DNA from: Polaromonas sp. | Lineage (GTDB): Bacteria; Pseudomonadota; Gammaproteobacteria; Burkholderiales; Burkholderiaceae_C | Direction of reading: 5' to 3' | DNA: 64,000 nt | Assembly: GCA_030655515.1 (NCBI GenBank) | Contig: JAURVI010000020.1 | Coordinates: 43,597-107,596 of the forward strand | Part shown: piece by piece, positions 1 to 9,127 of the stretch | Numbering within the stretch: position 1 is the first letter of the stretch | Layout of the letters: every line of letters starts with the position of its first letter | Position numbers and translations under genes: made by a program | Notes under the pieces: model-generated | What the model saw: the letters and a program-made list of their open reading frames with translations, nothing else | The model's database searches: none | Told to the model about the DNA's origin: nothing

Positions 1-221
1 CGCCACGCGAGCGGCAAGAACGGCGGGAACGCCGCGACTACGCACCGCAGCGCCAGACCGTGTCGCGCGATCCGTTTTTTGACAAGCCCTACGAATCGAG
101 CTTGCCGACCGACACGCAACCCGTCTGGGAAGCGGCCGTCAAAAGCGGCGCGTCACGCAACCTGTCGGCCAACATCAAACCCAAGAAAAAAGTCGCTGCG
201 CTGTTCAAAACCGCCAGCTAA
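1..221 (+). CDS. 3' end of probable DEAD/DEAH-box RNA helicase (RhlE-like), partial
   Basis: Frame 3 is open from the window edge: ...RDPFFDKPYE...SANIKPKKKVAALFKTAS*, TAA at 219-221. The tail resembles Comamonadaceae RhlE-type helicase C-termini (recalled; no helicase motifs lie in the window). Confidence 0.6.
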   Translation, partial: PRERQERRERRDYAPQRQTVSRDPFFDKPYESSLPTDTQPVWEAAVKSGASRNLSANIKPKKKVAALFKTAS

Positions 222-224
222 ACG

Positions 225-338
225 CAATACTGTTCGCTTAACCGTTCGGGCTGAGCTTGTCGAAGCCTGTTTGCACTGTGACGACCCTTCGACAGGCTCA
301 GGGCGAACGGGGTTGTAGCGCTTCAATGAACAGCATTG
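225..338. mobile_element. 114-bp MITE, copy 1 (IS4-like ends, internal REP-like hairpin)
   Basis: Terminal inverted repeats CAATACTGTTC...GAACAGCATTG, flanked by the 10-bp direct repeat CAGCTAAACG (215-224 and 339-348); 112/114 identical to 23047-23160. Confidence 0.85.
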
Positions 339-430
339 CAGCTAAACGCCCTATACGGCGCAGTGACGCCATTCACCATGGATCGTCATGGGAAAGCCCT
401 GTCGGACAAAGCGGGCCCCCACAGCCGCCC

Positions 431-1285
431 TCAAGACGGGAACTTTTGCGACCGATCGCATTGCACCGAGATCAGCTCGAACTGCCCCGCCGTGTTCCTC
501 AGTCGGGCCGCGCTCAGGCAGCCGCCCCAGACGCAGCCGGTGTCCAGCGGCAAGGTGTTGCAAAGCAGGCCGGCCCCGCCCGCCGCTGTGCCGGCACCCA
601 GCGCGGACCAGTGCCCAAACGCGACCGGCAGACCGGCGGTCTTGCGGCCCGGCACGTCAAACCACGGCAAATAACCGGGGGGTGCCGTCTGGGTGCCTCC
701 CGTGGTGGCAAATTCCATGGCGCCGTCGGCTGTGCAAAAACGCATGCGTGTCAGGGCGTTGACGATCACGCGCAGGCGCTCCGTCCCCGCCAGCGTATCC
801 TGCCACTGGGCCGGTGTGTTTCCATACATGCCTTTCAGAAAGCCCGCGAGGTCCGGGCCGCGCAGGGCCTGCTCCACTTCGCCGGCCAGCGCCATGGTTT
901 GCGCGGCGCTCCATTGCGGCAGCACGCCGGCATGCACCATCAGCCAGCCGTGTTCATGGATCGCCATGCGGCGGTGCCGCAGCCAGTCGAGCAGGACCTC
1001 GCAGTCGGGCGCGTCCAGCACCTGCTGCACCGTGTCGCTGCGGTGCGGTTTGCGCAGGCCATGGCGGATGCCGAGCAGATTGAGATCGTGATTTCCCAGC
1101 AGACACTGCGCCGCGTCACCCAGGCTCTTCAGGCTGCGCAGCACGGCCAGTGAGTCGGGGCCGCGGTTGACCAGGTCGCCGAGTACGTACAGCGTGTCGC
1201 GGCTGGCCGAGAAATCGAGCTTGCGCAACAGGCGTTGCAGGGGCTCGTTGCAACCCTGCACGTCGCCAATGAAGTAAAGTGCCAT
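431..1285 (-). CDS. apaH: Symmetrical bis(5'-nucleosyl)-tetraphosphatase
   Basis: Motifs IGDVQGC, GDLVNRGPDS, LGNHD, FGHWSALG, LDTGCVWGG. Confidence 0.95.
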   Translation of the reverse strand: MALYFIGDVQGCNEPLQRLLRKLDFSASRDTLYVLGDLVNRGPDSLAVLRSLKSLGDAAQCLLGNHDLNLLGIRHGLRKPHRSDTVQQVLDAPDCEVLLDWLRHRRMAIHEHGWLMVHAGVLPQWSAAQTMALAGEVEQALRGPDLAGFLKGMYGNTPAQWQDTLAGTERLRVIVNALTRMRFCTADGAMEFATTGGTQTAPPGYLPWFDVPGRKTAGLPVAFGHWSALGAGTAAGGAGLLCNTLPLDTGCVWGGCLSAARLRNTAGQFELISVQCDRSQKFPS

Positions 1286-1308
1286 GGTATTCATTTTGCC
1301 TGCTGCCC

Positions 1309-2658
1309 ATGGATTTCATCCTCATCGTCTTTTTGACCCTGCTCAACGGCGTATTCGCCATGTCGGAGCTGGCGCTGGCGTCCAGCCGCAAGGCCAGGCT
1401 GACCGCGATGTCCGAGGCGGGCGACAAGGGGGCCCATGCGGCCATGACGCTGCTTGACAACCCGACGCAGTTTCTGTCCTCGGTGCAGGTCGGCATCACC
1501 TCCATCGGCATGCTCAACGGCATCATCGGAGAGGCGGCTTTCAGCAACGGCCTCTCAAGCTGGATTCAGACCTTCGGCGCGTCGCCGCGCGCCGCCGACA
1601 TCTCGGCGACCGCGCTGGTAGTGACCCTCATCACCTACATCACCATTGTGTTTGGCGAACTGGTGCCCAAGCGCATCGGCCAGCTCTACCCCGAAACCGT
1701 GGCTCGCCTGGTATCGCGCCCCATGATGTGGGTGGCCACCGTCGCCAAGCCCTTTGTCCGGCTGTTGTCCTTCAGCACCCATGCCGTGCTCAAGCTGCTG
1801 CGTATTGACAACGCCGGCGAACGCACCGTGACCGAGGAAGAAATCACCGCCAGCCTGGAAGAAGGCGTGGACGCCGGGCTGATCGAGGAGCACGAGCACC
1901 AGATGGTGCAGAACGTGTTTCTGCTCGATGAGCGTTTGCTCACCTCGCTGATGCTGCCCCGCTCGGCCATCGAATGGCTGGACGCCGGCGACACCGTGGC
2001 GCAGGCCATTGACAAGGCCGGCGCGACCGGTCATTCCTGGTACCCGGTGTGCCGCGGCAGCCTGGACGATGTGGTGGGCGTGGTCAACGTGGCCAAACTG
2101 CTGGCGCTGCGCGGCCAGATCCAGCCCGTGGGCGAGAGCACCGGCACGGGCGCCACCCCGACCCTGGCCGACCGCATTGACGCCTACGCGGTGCCGGCCG
2201 TGTTCGTGCCCGAAACACTGACCGGCATGGAACTGCTCGAGCAGTTTCGCACCAAGTCCACGCGCATTGTGTTTGTGGTCGATGAATATGGTGTGGTGCA
2301 GGGCCTGATGACGCCCATGGACATGCTGGAGGCCATTACCGGCGAGCTGCAACCGGGCGCACAGGTGGACGCCTGGGCCACCCGGCGCGCCGACGGCAAC
2401 TGGCTGATCGACGGCGTGATGCCCGTGTCTGAGCTCAAGGCCCGGCTTGACATCAGGGAACTGCCCGAGGAAGACAGGGGGCGCTACAACACCGTGGCCG
2501 GCCTGCTGCAGAGCGTATCAGGTCGGCTGCCGGGTGTGGGAGAACAGGTGGACGCCGCAGGTTGGCGCTTTGAAGTGCTGGACCTGGATGGAAAACGCAT
2601 CGACAAGGTGCTGGTCAGCCCGGTCGCTGAACCACACCATCCGAAACATCCGGCCTAA
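1309..2658 (+). CDS. HlyC/CorC family CNNM-CBS-CorC membrane protein
   Basis: LNGVFAMSELALASSRK N-terminus, GELVPKRIG, CBS pair with VVDEYG, C-terminal CorC domain (DLDGKRIDKV). Confidence 0.92.
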   Translation: MDFILIVFLTLLNGVFAMSELALASSRKARLTAMSEAGDKGAHAAMTLLDNPTQFLSSVQVGITSIGMLNGIIGEAAFSNGLSSWIQTFGASPRAADISATALVVTLITYITIVFGELVPKRIGQLYPETVARLVSRPMMWVATVAKPFVRLLSFSTHAVLKLLRIDNAGERTVTEEEITASLEEGVDAGLIEEHEHQMVQNVFLLDERLLTSLMLPRSAIEWLDAGDTVAQAIDKAGATGHSWYPVCRGSLDDVVGVVNVAKLLALRGQIQPVGESTGTGATPTLADRIDAYAVPAVFVPETLTGMELLEQFRTKSTRIVFVVDEYGVVQGLMTPMDMLEAITGELQPGAQVDAWATRRADGNWLIDGVMPVSELKARLDIRELPEEDRGRYNTVAGLLQSVSGRLPGVGEQVDAAGWRFEVLDLDGKRIDKVLVSPVAEPHHPKHPA

Positions 2659-2693
2659 CAACCCGACAGGACACTGAGTGAACCGGTTCGAAC

Positions 2694-3134
2694 TCAGGGT
2701 CGGCTGCTGGCCGGTTTGACGGCCGGTGCGACCGTGATCAACACTTCATTGCTGCCGAAATTTGCGCCCTGCATCTGAACGGTTGCGACCCGCTCCGCCT
2801 TGGTGAAGGTCAGCAGGCTGAGCTTGGAAAACGAACTTGAGGTCAAAGTCCATCCGGCACCCGGCAGGCCGTCCCGGAAGTAGGCAAACACCGACTGCGG
2901 CTCGCCCGAGACGGTGAGGCTCAGCCGCCCCATCCAGGTGTTGCCCGAGCCCATGACCAGAGAATCCTGCTGCTTGATGACTGCACCCGGCGGCAGCGGC
3001 ACATCGCCAGCCAGTTGTTTGGATGTGGTCTCGGTCACCGCGCTGTCATTGCCCAGCGGCGTGCTGCCCATGGAACTGCAGGCAAGCGTCACAAGGGCGG
3101 CGGACAGCACGAGCAGGTATTTGAGGGAGATCAT
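2694..3134 (-). CDS. Hypothetical lipoprotein
   Basis: Signal peptide with lipobox TLAC; GDVPLPPGA motif; 146 aa. Confidence 0.75.
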   Translation of the reverse strand: MISLKYLLVLSAALVTLACSSMGSTPLGNDSAVTETTSKQLAGDVPLPPGAVIKQQDSLVMGSGNTWMGRLSLTVSGEPQSVFAYFRDGLPGAGWTLTSSSFSKLSLLTFTKAERVATVQMQGANFGSNEVLITVAPAVKPASSRP

Positions 3135-3264
3135 GGGTTTGAACCTTTGAAAGTGGCAACAAGCCTGGCGGGGCGGCTCCCGTCAGGCAGCGAAATTGTA
3201 GCCGTGGGTCGTCCCCCCGAAAAACCCGGCCGGACAGAGAACTCGCCAGATCGCATCTCGTAGC

Positions 3265-3405
3265 GAGGCCTGGCTGGGCGTGGCACGCGGAGGCGAGGCA
3301 CGCCTCTGGCTGGCAGAGCAGAGCGCTTATGACGTGTGGCAGGCCAAACAGCGGTTCAAAGCTGCGCCTATGCATGTTCAACCGGCGCCGGCGATGGCCG
3401 CGTAA
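3265..3405 (+). pseudogene. higA: C-terminal fragment of HigA-family antitoxin
   Basis: Translates to EAWLGVARGGEARLWLAEQSAYDVWQAKQRFKAAPMHVQPAPAMAA*, matching recalled HigA C-termini. No N-terminal HTH or higB is seen upstream. Confidence 0.65.
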
Positions 3406-3622
3406 ATCACCGCGCGGCCTTGCAGCGGTTCGGTCGAGCTGGTCAATGGCAAGGCTTGACGGGCCAAGCAAACCGTCCCGGAAACTGGGTGAAACCCAGT
3501 CGCAAGGGGTGTGTTTGAGCGGGCAGGGATGGGTCGCGAACCCGCCTTGCGATTCGTGTAAACCATGCTGAGGCATGAAAGCACCTTAAGATGGCGATTC
3601 GTCTACCCTGGAACCAAAGACC

Positions 3623-4051
3623 ATGCCCAATATTGCAAGCATTTTGAAAGAAGAGATCGCACGCGTAGCCCGCAAAGAAGTGCGAGCCGAAACACAGCCG
3701 CTGAAAAAAGCCTCGGCGCACTACCGTTCGGATATTGCAGCCCTGAAGCGCAGGATAGCAGCGCTTGAAAAACTCGTCAGCCGGCTGGGTAAAGCCGCCA
3801 CCCAAAAAGCGCTGCCCGCCGAGACAGGGGAGCCGACCGGCAGCTTTCGTTTCAGCGCCAGCGGGTTGCAGGCGCAAAGAAAGCGGCTGGGCTTGTCGGC
3901 GTCTGAAGCGGCTGCTCTGCTGGGCGTGTCCGATCAGTCCGTGTACAAGTGGGAAAACGGCAAAACGCGTCCCCGTGCCAGCCAGTTCGCCGCCATTGCG
4001 GCGCTGAGAAGCATGAGCAAAAAAGAAGCGGCTGCCCGCTTGAGTGCCTGA
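3623..4051 (+). CDS. XRE-family HTH DNA-binding protein with N-terminal coiled coil
   Basis: MPNIASILKEEIARVARKE coiled coil; RKRLGLSASEAAALLGVSDQSVYKWENGKTRP HTH. Confidence 0.88.
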   Translation: MPNIASILKEEIARVARKEVRAETQPLKKASAHYRSDIAALKRRIAALEKLVSRLGKAATQKALPAETGEPTGSFRFSASGLQAQRKRLGLSASEAAALLGVSDQSVYKWENGKTRPRASQFAAIAALRSMSKKEAAARLSA

Positions 4052-4084
4052 TGCTCGTGCCCTGATTGCAAAGTGAATTTCCTT

Positions 4085-4750
4085 TCATCCTGTGATGAAG
4101 TTGACTATAGATTCGATGTCGTTGACGGTCGTCCTGAACCACTCACGGCCCGGTGCATCTTCGATCCACTGGCTGCGTGCTTTTAGGACATTGTGAATCG
4201 CCAGTTCAGTCGGTCCGATGCGCTTGACTTGCCACTGTGCAAGCACCACCGGATTCTCGAAGCTAGCTGACCCTTTGGCCTGATCCATCACTCTCGTAGC
4301 TACGTCGATAACCGTTTTCCCAACCTTTATCGGAAACGTTTGGCCGTCCTTCACGATGGATGGAAACGAGAAGGCATAAATCCAACCATCAAACTCACCA
4401 GCTTCTTCATCTCCTTCTTCCAAAGCTGATTCAGCGATAACTTCATCATCGATATCTTTTTCAGTCTTGTTCCTGAAGTAGCCTTTGCTCAAGTTTTCGA
4501 AAAGCCCAAGCTCCTTTGCCAGAAACGACACGTACCATTTCACGCTCTGTATGAACTTCTCACCGCCTTCACGCTTGGCAAAGGGGAGATGCACGTCACG
4601 AAATTCTGGTGCCACATGCGATTCGATAAGGGGAAGCGCTACTTCACGCAACAAAAATGGCTCGTCGCCAAACTCTTCGACCCTGGTCTGCAATTCTGGA
4701 AGAATCGTGTAACGAGCCAATTTATACGCTGTACTTCTGGTTGTTTCCAA
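4085..4750 (-). CDS. GIY-YIG superfamily (T5orf172-like) nuclease with Mrr_N-like N-terminal region
   Basis: GWIYAF...IKVGKT...R...ELAIHNVL...GREWF; N-terminal VKWYVSFLAKELGLFENLSKGYFR. TTG start; visibly lower GC than the flanks. Confidence 0.75.
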   Translation of the reverse strand: METTRSTAYKLARYTILPELQTRVEEFGDEPFLLREVALPLIESHVAPEFRDVHLPFAKREGGEKFIQSVKWYVSFLAKELGLFENLSKGYFRNKTEKDIDDEVIAESALEEGDEEAGEFDGWIYAFSFPSIVKDGQTFPIKVGKTVIDVATRVMDQAKGSASFENPVVLAQWQVKRIGPTELAIHNVLKARSQWIEDAPGREWFRTTVNDIESIVNFITG

Positions 4751-4941
4751 GTCGTTCTCCCAATCCGCCGCCAGTTTAACAATAACAGCTTACTGAATAA
4801 GGCTGAATAAGGCATACGCCACCCGGCGTATTCCCCAATCCTTCTCCGGTCCCCAGAATCGCCTCATCGCTTTGCAAAAGCCTCCCTCTGGCGGCTGGTG
4901 CGAGGCGAAACGCGAACTACCTACCTACCGGAGAAGCACAC

Positions 4942-6237
4942 ATGCAACGCCTCAATTCACGCAGATTCACCCTCAAGGCGCTTACTGCCGCCGTCGCCCT
5001 GGCGGGCCTCTCTGTCCTGCCAGCCCATGCCCAGTCGGGCGGCACCATCAAGGTGGGCATTCTGCACAGCCTGTCGGGCACCATGGCCATTTCGGAAACC
5101 GTGTTGAAAGACACGGTGCTGATGGCGATTGACGAGATCAACGCCAAGGGTGGCGTGATGGGCAAGAAGCTCGAGCCGGTGATCGTGGACCCGGCCTCCA
5201 ACTGGCCGCTGTTCGCCGAGAAAACCAAGCAACTGCTGGGCCAGGACAAGGTGGCCGTGATTTTCGGCTGCTGGACCTCGGTGTCGCGCAAGTCGGTGCT
5301 GCCCGTGGTTGAAGAAATGAACGGCCTGCTGTTCTACCCCGTGCAGTACGAAGGCGAAGAGTTGTCCAAGAACGTGTTCTACACGGGTGCAGCGCCCAAC
5401 CAGCAGGCCATTCCTGCCGTCGATTACCTGATGAGCAAGGCCGGCGGCGGCGCCAAGCGCTGGGTGCTGCTGGGCACCGACTATGTGTACCCACGCACCA
5501 CCAACAAGATCCTGCGCGCCTACCTCAAGAGCAAGGGCGTGAAGGACAGCGACATCGACGAGAAGTACACACCGTTTGGCCACTCCGACTACCAGACCAT
5601 CGTGGCTGACGTGAAGAAGTTCTCTGCCGGCGGAAAAACCGCCGTGGTCTCCACCATCAACGGCGACTCCAACGTGCCTTTCTACAAGGAGCTGGGCAAT
5701 GCCGGCCTGAAGGCCAAGGACGTGCCGGTCGTCGCATTCTCGGTCGGTGAAGAAGAGCTGCGCGGCGTGGATACGAAACCGCTGGTCGGCCACTTGGCGG
5801 CCTGGAACTACTTCCAGTCGATCAAGAGCCCGGCCAACACCGAGTTCATCAAGAAGTGGTCGGACTACGCCAAGGCCAAGGGCATTGCCGGCCACAAGGA
5901 CAAGCCGCTGACCAACGACCCGATGGAAGCGACCTACATCGGCATCAACATGTGGAAGCAGGCGGTCGAAAAAGCCAAGTCCCTGGAGACCGACAAGGTC
6001 ATCGCCGCCATGGCCGGCCAGACCTTCAAGGCACCGTCCGGCATCGTGTCGAAGATGGATGAAAAAAACCACCACCTGCACAAGTCGGTGTTCATCGGCG
6101 AGATCAAGGCCGACGGCCAGTTCAACGTGGTGTGGAAGACGCCCGGCCCGGTGAAAGCCAAGCCATGGAGCCCCTACATCGAAGGCAACGACAAGAAGCC
6201 TGACGAGCCAGCAAAAGCGACGGTCGCTTCCAAGTAA
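4942..6237 (+). CDS. urtA: Urea ABC transporter substrate-binding protein
   Basis: IKVGILHSLSGTMAISE, FGCWTSVSRKSV, YPVQYEG. Confidence 0.96.
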   Translation: MQRLNSRRFTLKALTAAVALAGLSVLPAHAQSGGTIKVGILHSLSGTMAISETVLKDTVLMAIDEINAKGGVMGKKLEPVIVDPASNWPLFAEKTKQLLGQDKVAVIFGCWTSVSRKSVLPVVEEMNGLLFYPVQYEGEELSKNVFYTGAAPNQQAIPAVDYLMSKAGGGAKRWVLLGTDYVYPRTTNKILRAYLKSKGVKDSDIDEKYTPFGHSDYQTIVADVKKFSAGGKTAVVSTINGDSNVPFYKELGNAGLKAKDVPVVAFSVGEEELRGVDTKPLVGHLAAWNYFQSIKSPANTEFIKKWSDYAKAKGIAGHKDKPLTNDPMEATYIGINMWKQAVEKAKSLETDKVIAAMAGQTFKAPSGIVSKMDEKNHHLHKSVFIGEIKADGQFNVVWKTPGPVKAKPWSPYIEGNDKKPDEPAKATVASK

Positions 6238-6274
6238 GGCCGCTACCGCACAGCCCTGGGTGGCCTGGCGGTGC

Positions 6275-6312
6275 AAGCCGCACCTGGTTTGCAGAACAGG
6301 TGCGGCTTTTTT
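6275..6312 (+). terminator. Rho-independent terminator / stabilising hairpin after urtA
   Basis: AAGCCGCACCTG-loop-CAGGTGCGGCTT followed by a T run. Confidence 0.75.
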
Positions 6313-6318
6313 GTGGTC

Positions 6319-6347
6319 TGGCCCACTTCTTGCACTGTCCCGGTGCA
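6319..6347 (+). promoter_or_regulatory. Sigma-54 -24/-12 element overlapping an NtrC-like palindrome upstream of urtB
   Basis: TGGCCCACTTCTTGCA (6319-6334) fits TGGC-N7-TTGCW; TGCACTGTCCCGGTGCA (6331-6347) fits TGCAC-N7-GTGCA. Confidence 0.5.
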
Positions 6348-6429
6348 TGGTTTTCAAGGGAGTTGCAGCCTGGGCATGGCGACAAGCGAGCAGGGTCTTG
6401 CTGCTGCGCCCACCCTACAGGTCCTTCTC

Positions 6430-8007
6430 ATGTTCATGATTCGCACACTCTTTCTATCCGCCACGCTTTTCATAGCCGCCAGTGCCCACGCCTTGAGCGC
6501 GGACGAGGTCAAAGGCATGGCGCTCGGCGAGACCGAGGCGCGGGTGGCGGCGCTGAACAAGGCCGCAGCCAATCCTGACGACAAAACCGCCGCCTTCATC
6601 CAGGCGCTGGCCGACGATGCCGTCAAAACCGCTGGCGGCAAGGTGTTTGTGATCAAGGACGAAAAAGGCGTTGACCCGATCACTGGCGCCGGGCTGACGG
6701 TGCCCGAAGACGCCGAAGACGTGATCAACAACAACATGATGCGCGGCGAGCTCGATACCGCGCTGGCCGTGCTCAAGCTGTTTTCCAGAGACGAGAAGGT
6801 GCGCCGCGACGCGATCAAGACGCTGGCCAGCGGCAGCGACGAGTCGCGCCTGCCGCTGATCGAAAAAGCCTATGCGCTTGAAGCTGTGCCCGCGCTCAAG
6901 AGCCAGCTCGAGCTGGTGCGCGCCACCATTTTGCTGGGCAGCAGCGACAGGGTCAAACGCCTGGACGCTGCCGCCCGCCTGTCCGGCAGCAACAACCCGA
7001 TCAGCAAGACCGTGCTGATCGCCCGCCTGGCGGAAGAAGACGACGTTGAGGTCAAAAGCGCGCTGCAGGCCTCGCTGCGCAAGGTCGAGGCGGCGCTGGC
7101 CTGGGGCGACAAGCTGGGCGCAGTGTTCAGCGGCATCAGCCTGGGCAGCATCCTGCTGCTGGTGGCGCTGGGCCTGGCCATCACCTACGGTCTGATGGGT
7201 GTGATCAACATGGCGCACGGCGAGCTGATGATGATAGGCGCCTACGCCACCTACGTGGTGCAGGGCCTGTTCCAGAAGTACCTGCCGGGCCTGTTTGACT
7301 GGTATCTGCTGGCCGCGGTGCCGGTGGCTTTCATGGCATCGGCGCTGATGGGTGCGGCGCTGGAGCGCGGCGTGATCCGTTTTCTCTACGGCCGTCCGCT
7401 CGAGACCCTGCTGGCCACCTGGGGCATCAGCCTGATGCTGCAGCAGTTCGTGCGCTCCATCTTCGGCGCGCAAAACGTCGGTGTCGAAAACCCGGTGTGG
7501 ATGAGCGGCGGTGTGCAGGTGCTGGGCAATTTGTCGCTGCCTTTCAACCGTCTGGTGATCATCGGTTTTGCGTGTTTCGTGCTGCTGGGCATGGCCTGGC
7601 TGATCAGCCGAACGCGCCTGGGTCTGTTCGTGCGCGGCGTCACGCAAAACCGGCCGATCGCCTCCTGCATGGGCGTGAACACGGCGCGAGTGGACACTTA
7701 TGCGTTTGCGCTGGGCTCGGGCATCGCGGGGCTGGCCGGCTGCGCGCTGAGCCAGGTCGGCAACGTGGGGCCGGACCTGGGCCAGGGCTACATCGTCGAT
7801 GCCTTCATGGTGGTGGTGCTGGGCGGCGTGGGCCAGCTCGCCGGCACCGTCTATGCCGCGATGGGCCTGGGCATTCTGAACAAATTCCTCGAAGGCTGGA
7901 CCGGCGCGGTGCTGGCCAAGATCGCGGTGCTGGTGCTGATCATCATCTTCATCCAGAAGCGGCCGCAGGGTATTTTTGCAATGAAGGGTCGCTCTGCTGA
8001 GGCATGA
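6430..8007 (+). CDS. urtB: Urea ABC transporter permease
   Basis: LGLAITYGLMGVINMAHGE, LYGRPLETLLATWG, long periplasmic N-terminus. Confidence 0.95.
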   Translation: MFMIRTLFLSATLFIAASAHALSADEVKGMALGETEARVAALNKAAANPDDKTAAFIQALADDAVKTAGGKVFVIKDEKGVDPITGAGLTVPEDAEDVINNNMMRGELDTALAVLKLFSRDEKVRRDAIKTLASGSDESRLPLIEKAYALEAVPALKSQLELVRATILLGSSDRVKRLDAAARLSGSNNPISKTVLIARLAEEDDVEVKSALQASLRKVEAALAWGDKLGAVFSGISLGSILLLVALGLAITYGLMGVINMAHGELMMIGAYATYVVQGLFQKYLPGLFDWYLLAAVPVAFMASALMGAALERGVIRFLYGRPLETLLATWGISLMLQQFVRSIFGAQNVGVENPVWMSGGVQVLGNLSLPFNRLVIIGFACFVLLGMAWLISRTRLGLFVRGVTQNRPIASCMGVNTARVDTYAFALGSGIAGLAGCALSQVGNVGPDLGQGYIVDAFMVVVLGGVGQLAGTVYAAMGLGILNKFLEGWTGAVLAKIAVLVLIIIFIQKRPQGIFAMKGRSAEA

Positions 8008-8008
8008 C

Positions 8009-9127
8009 ATGAATACGTCCATCCATTCGGTCATCCTTCCCGCCAAAGGCCCCCTGCTCACGCGCGCCGGCTGGAGCGCCTTCATCGTGGCGCTGCTGGT
8101 GGTCTGCGCGCTGGCGCCGGTGCTCAACCTGGTGGTGCCCGAGTCCAGCCTATTCCACATGAGCACCTATGCGGTGGCGCTGCTCGGAAAAATCATGTGT
8201 TACGCCATCGTGGCGCTGGCCATGGATTTGATCTGGGGCTACACCGGCATTTTGTCGCTGGGCCACGGCCTGTTTTTTGCGCTCGGTGGTTATGCCATGG
8301 GCATGTACCTGATGCGCCAGATCGGCCGCGACGGCAACTACAAAAGCAATCTGCCGGACTTCATGGTGTTTCTCGACTGGAAAGAGCTGCCCTGGCACTG
8401 GACCTTCAGCGACAGCTTTGTCGCCACGTTGTTCCTGATCGTGCTGGTGCCCGCTCTGGTGGCCTTTGTCTTCGGCTACTTCGCCTTCCGTTCGCGCATC
8501 AAGGGCGTGTATTTTTCCATCATCACGCAGGCCATGACTTTTGCCGCCATGCTGCTGTTCTTCCGCAACGAGACGGGCTTTGGCGGCAACAACGGTTTCA
8601 CCGATTTCAAGCGCATCCTGGACGCACCGATTGCCACGCCCACCATGCGCATGGGGCTGTTTGTGATCACCGGCTTGACCTTGCTGGGCTTCTTCCTGCT
8701 TGCCAAATGGCTGGTGGCAGCCAAGTTCGGCCGCGTGCTGCAGGCCATCCGCGATGCGGAGACCCGCGTGATGTTCTCGGGCTATTCGCCGCTGGGCTAC
8801 AAGCTCACGATCTGGACCTTCTCGGCCGTGATGTGCGGCATTGCCGGTGCGCTGTATGTGCCGCAGGTCGGCATCATCAACCCGAGCGAAATGAGTCCGG
8901 CCAATTCGATCGAGATGGCGATCTGGGCGGCAGTCGGCGGGCGCGCCACGCTGATCGGCCCGATTGCCGGCGCCTTCATCGTCAACGGCGCCAAGAGCTG
9001 GCTCACGGTGGCCTACCCCGAGTACTGGCTGTATTTCCTCGGCATGCTGTTTATTGCGGTGACGCTGTTTTTGCCGAATGGGGTTGTTGGCCTTGTCAGG
9101 AAGCTCTGGAAAGGCGGCGAGAAATGA
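8009..9127 (+). CDS. urtC: Urea ABC transporter permease
   Basis: DLIWGYTGILSLGHG, SRIKGVYFSIITQA, GGNNGFTDFK. Confidence 0.95.
   Translation: MNTSIHSVILPAKGPLLTRAGWSAFIVALLVVCALAPVLNLVVPESSLFHMSTYAVALLGKIMCYAIVALAMDLIWGYTGILSLGHGLFFALGGYAMGMYLMRQIGRDGNYKSNLPDFMVFLDWKELPWHWTFSDSFVATLFLIVLVPALVAFVFGYFAFRSRIKGVYFSIITQAMTFAAMLLFFRNETGFGGNNGFTDFKRILDAPIATPTMRMGLFVITGLTLLGFFLLAKWLVAAKFGRVLQAIRDAETRVMFSGYSPLGYKLTIWTFSAVMCGIAGALYVPQVGIINPSEMSPANSIEMAIWAAVGGRATLIGPIAGAFIVNGAKSWLTVAYPEYWLYFLGMLFIAVTLFLPNGVVGLVRKLWKGGEK

Noticed and set aside
3150-3620. Possible RNase P RNA or other ncRNA in the long intergenic region
   Set aside because: No GAGGAAAGTCC or other rnpB core motif; part of the region is explained by the higA fragment and only short hairpins remain.
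4052-4790. T5orf172 gene as an integron cassette (GTTAAAC upstream on the minus strand)
   Set aside because: No RYYYAAC or attC hairpin after the stop codon; a lone 7-mer is expected by chance.
8197-9123. Long N-terminal extensions in the ORF track (urtD here; also phnH, phnJ, modC and the AMP phosphorylase)
   Set aside because: They overlap upstream genes in another frame; internal ATGs with RBS or stop-start coupling fit better.
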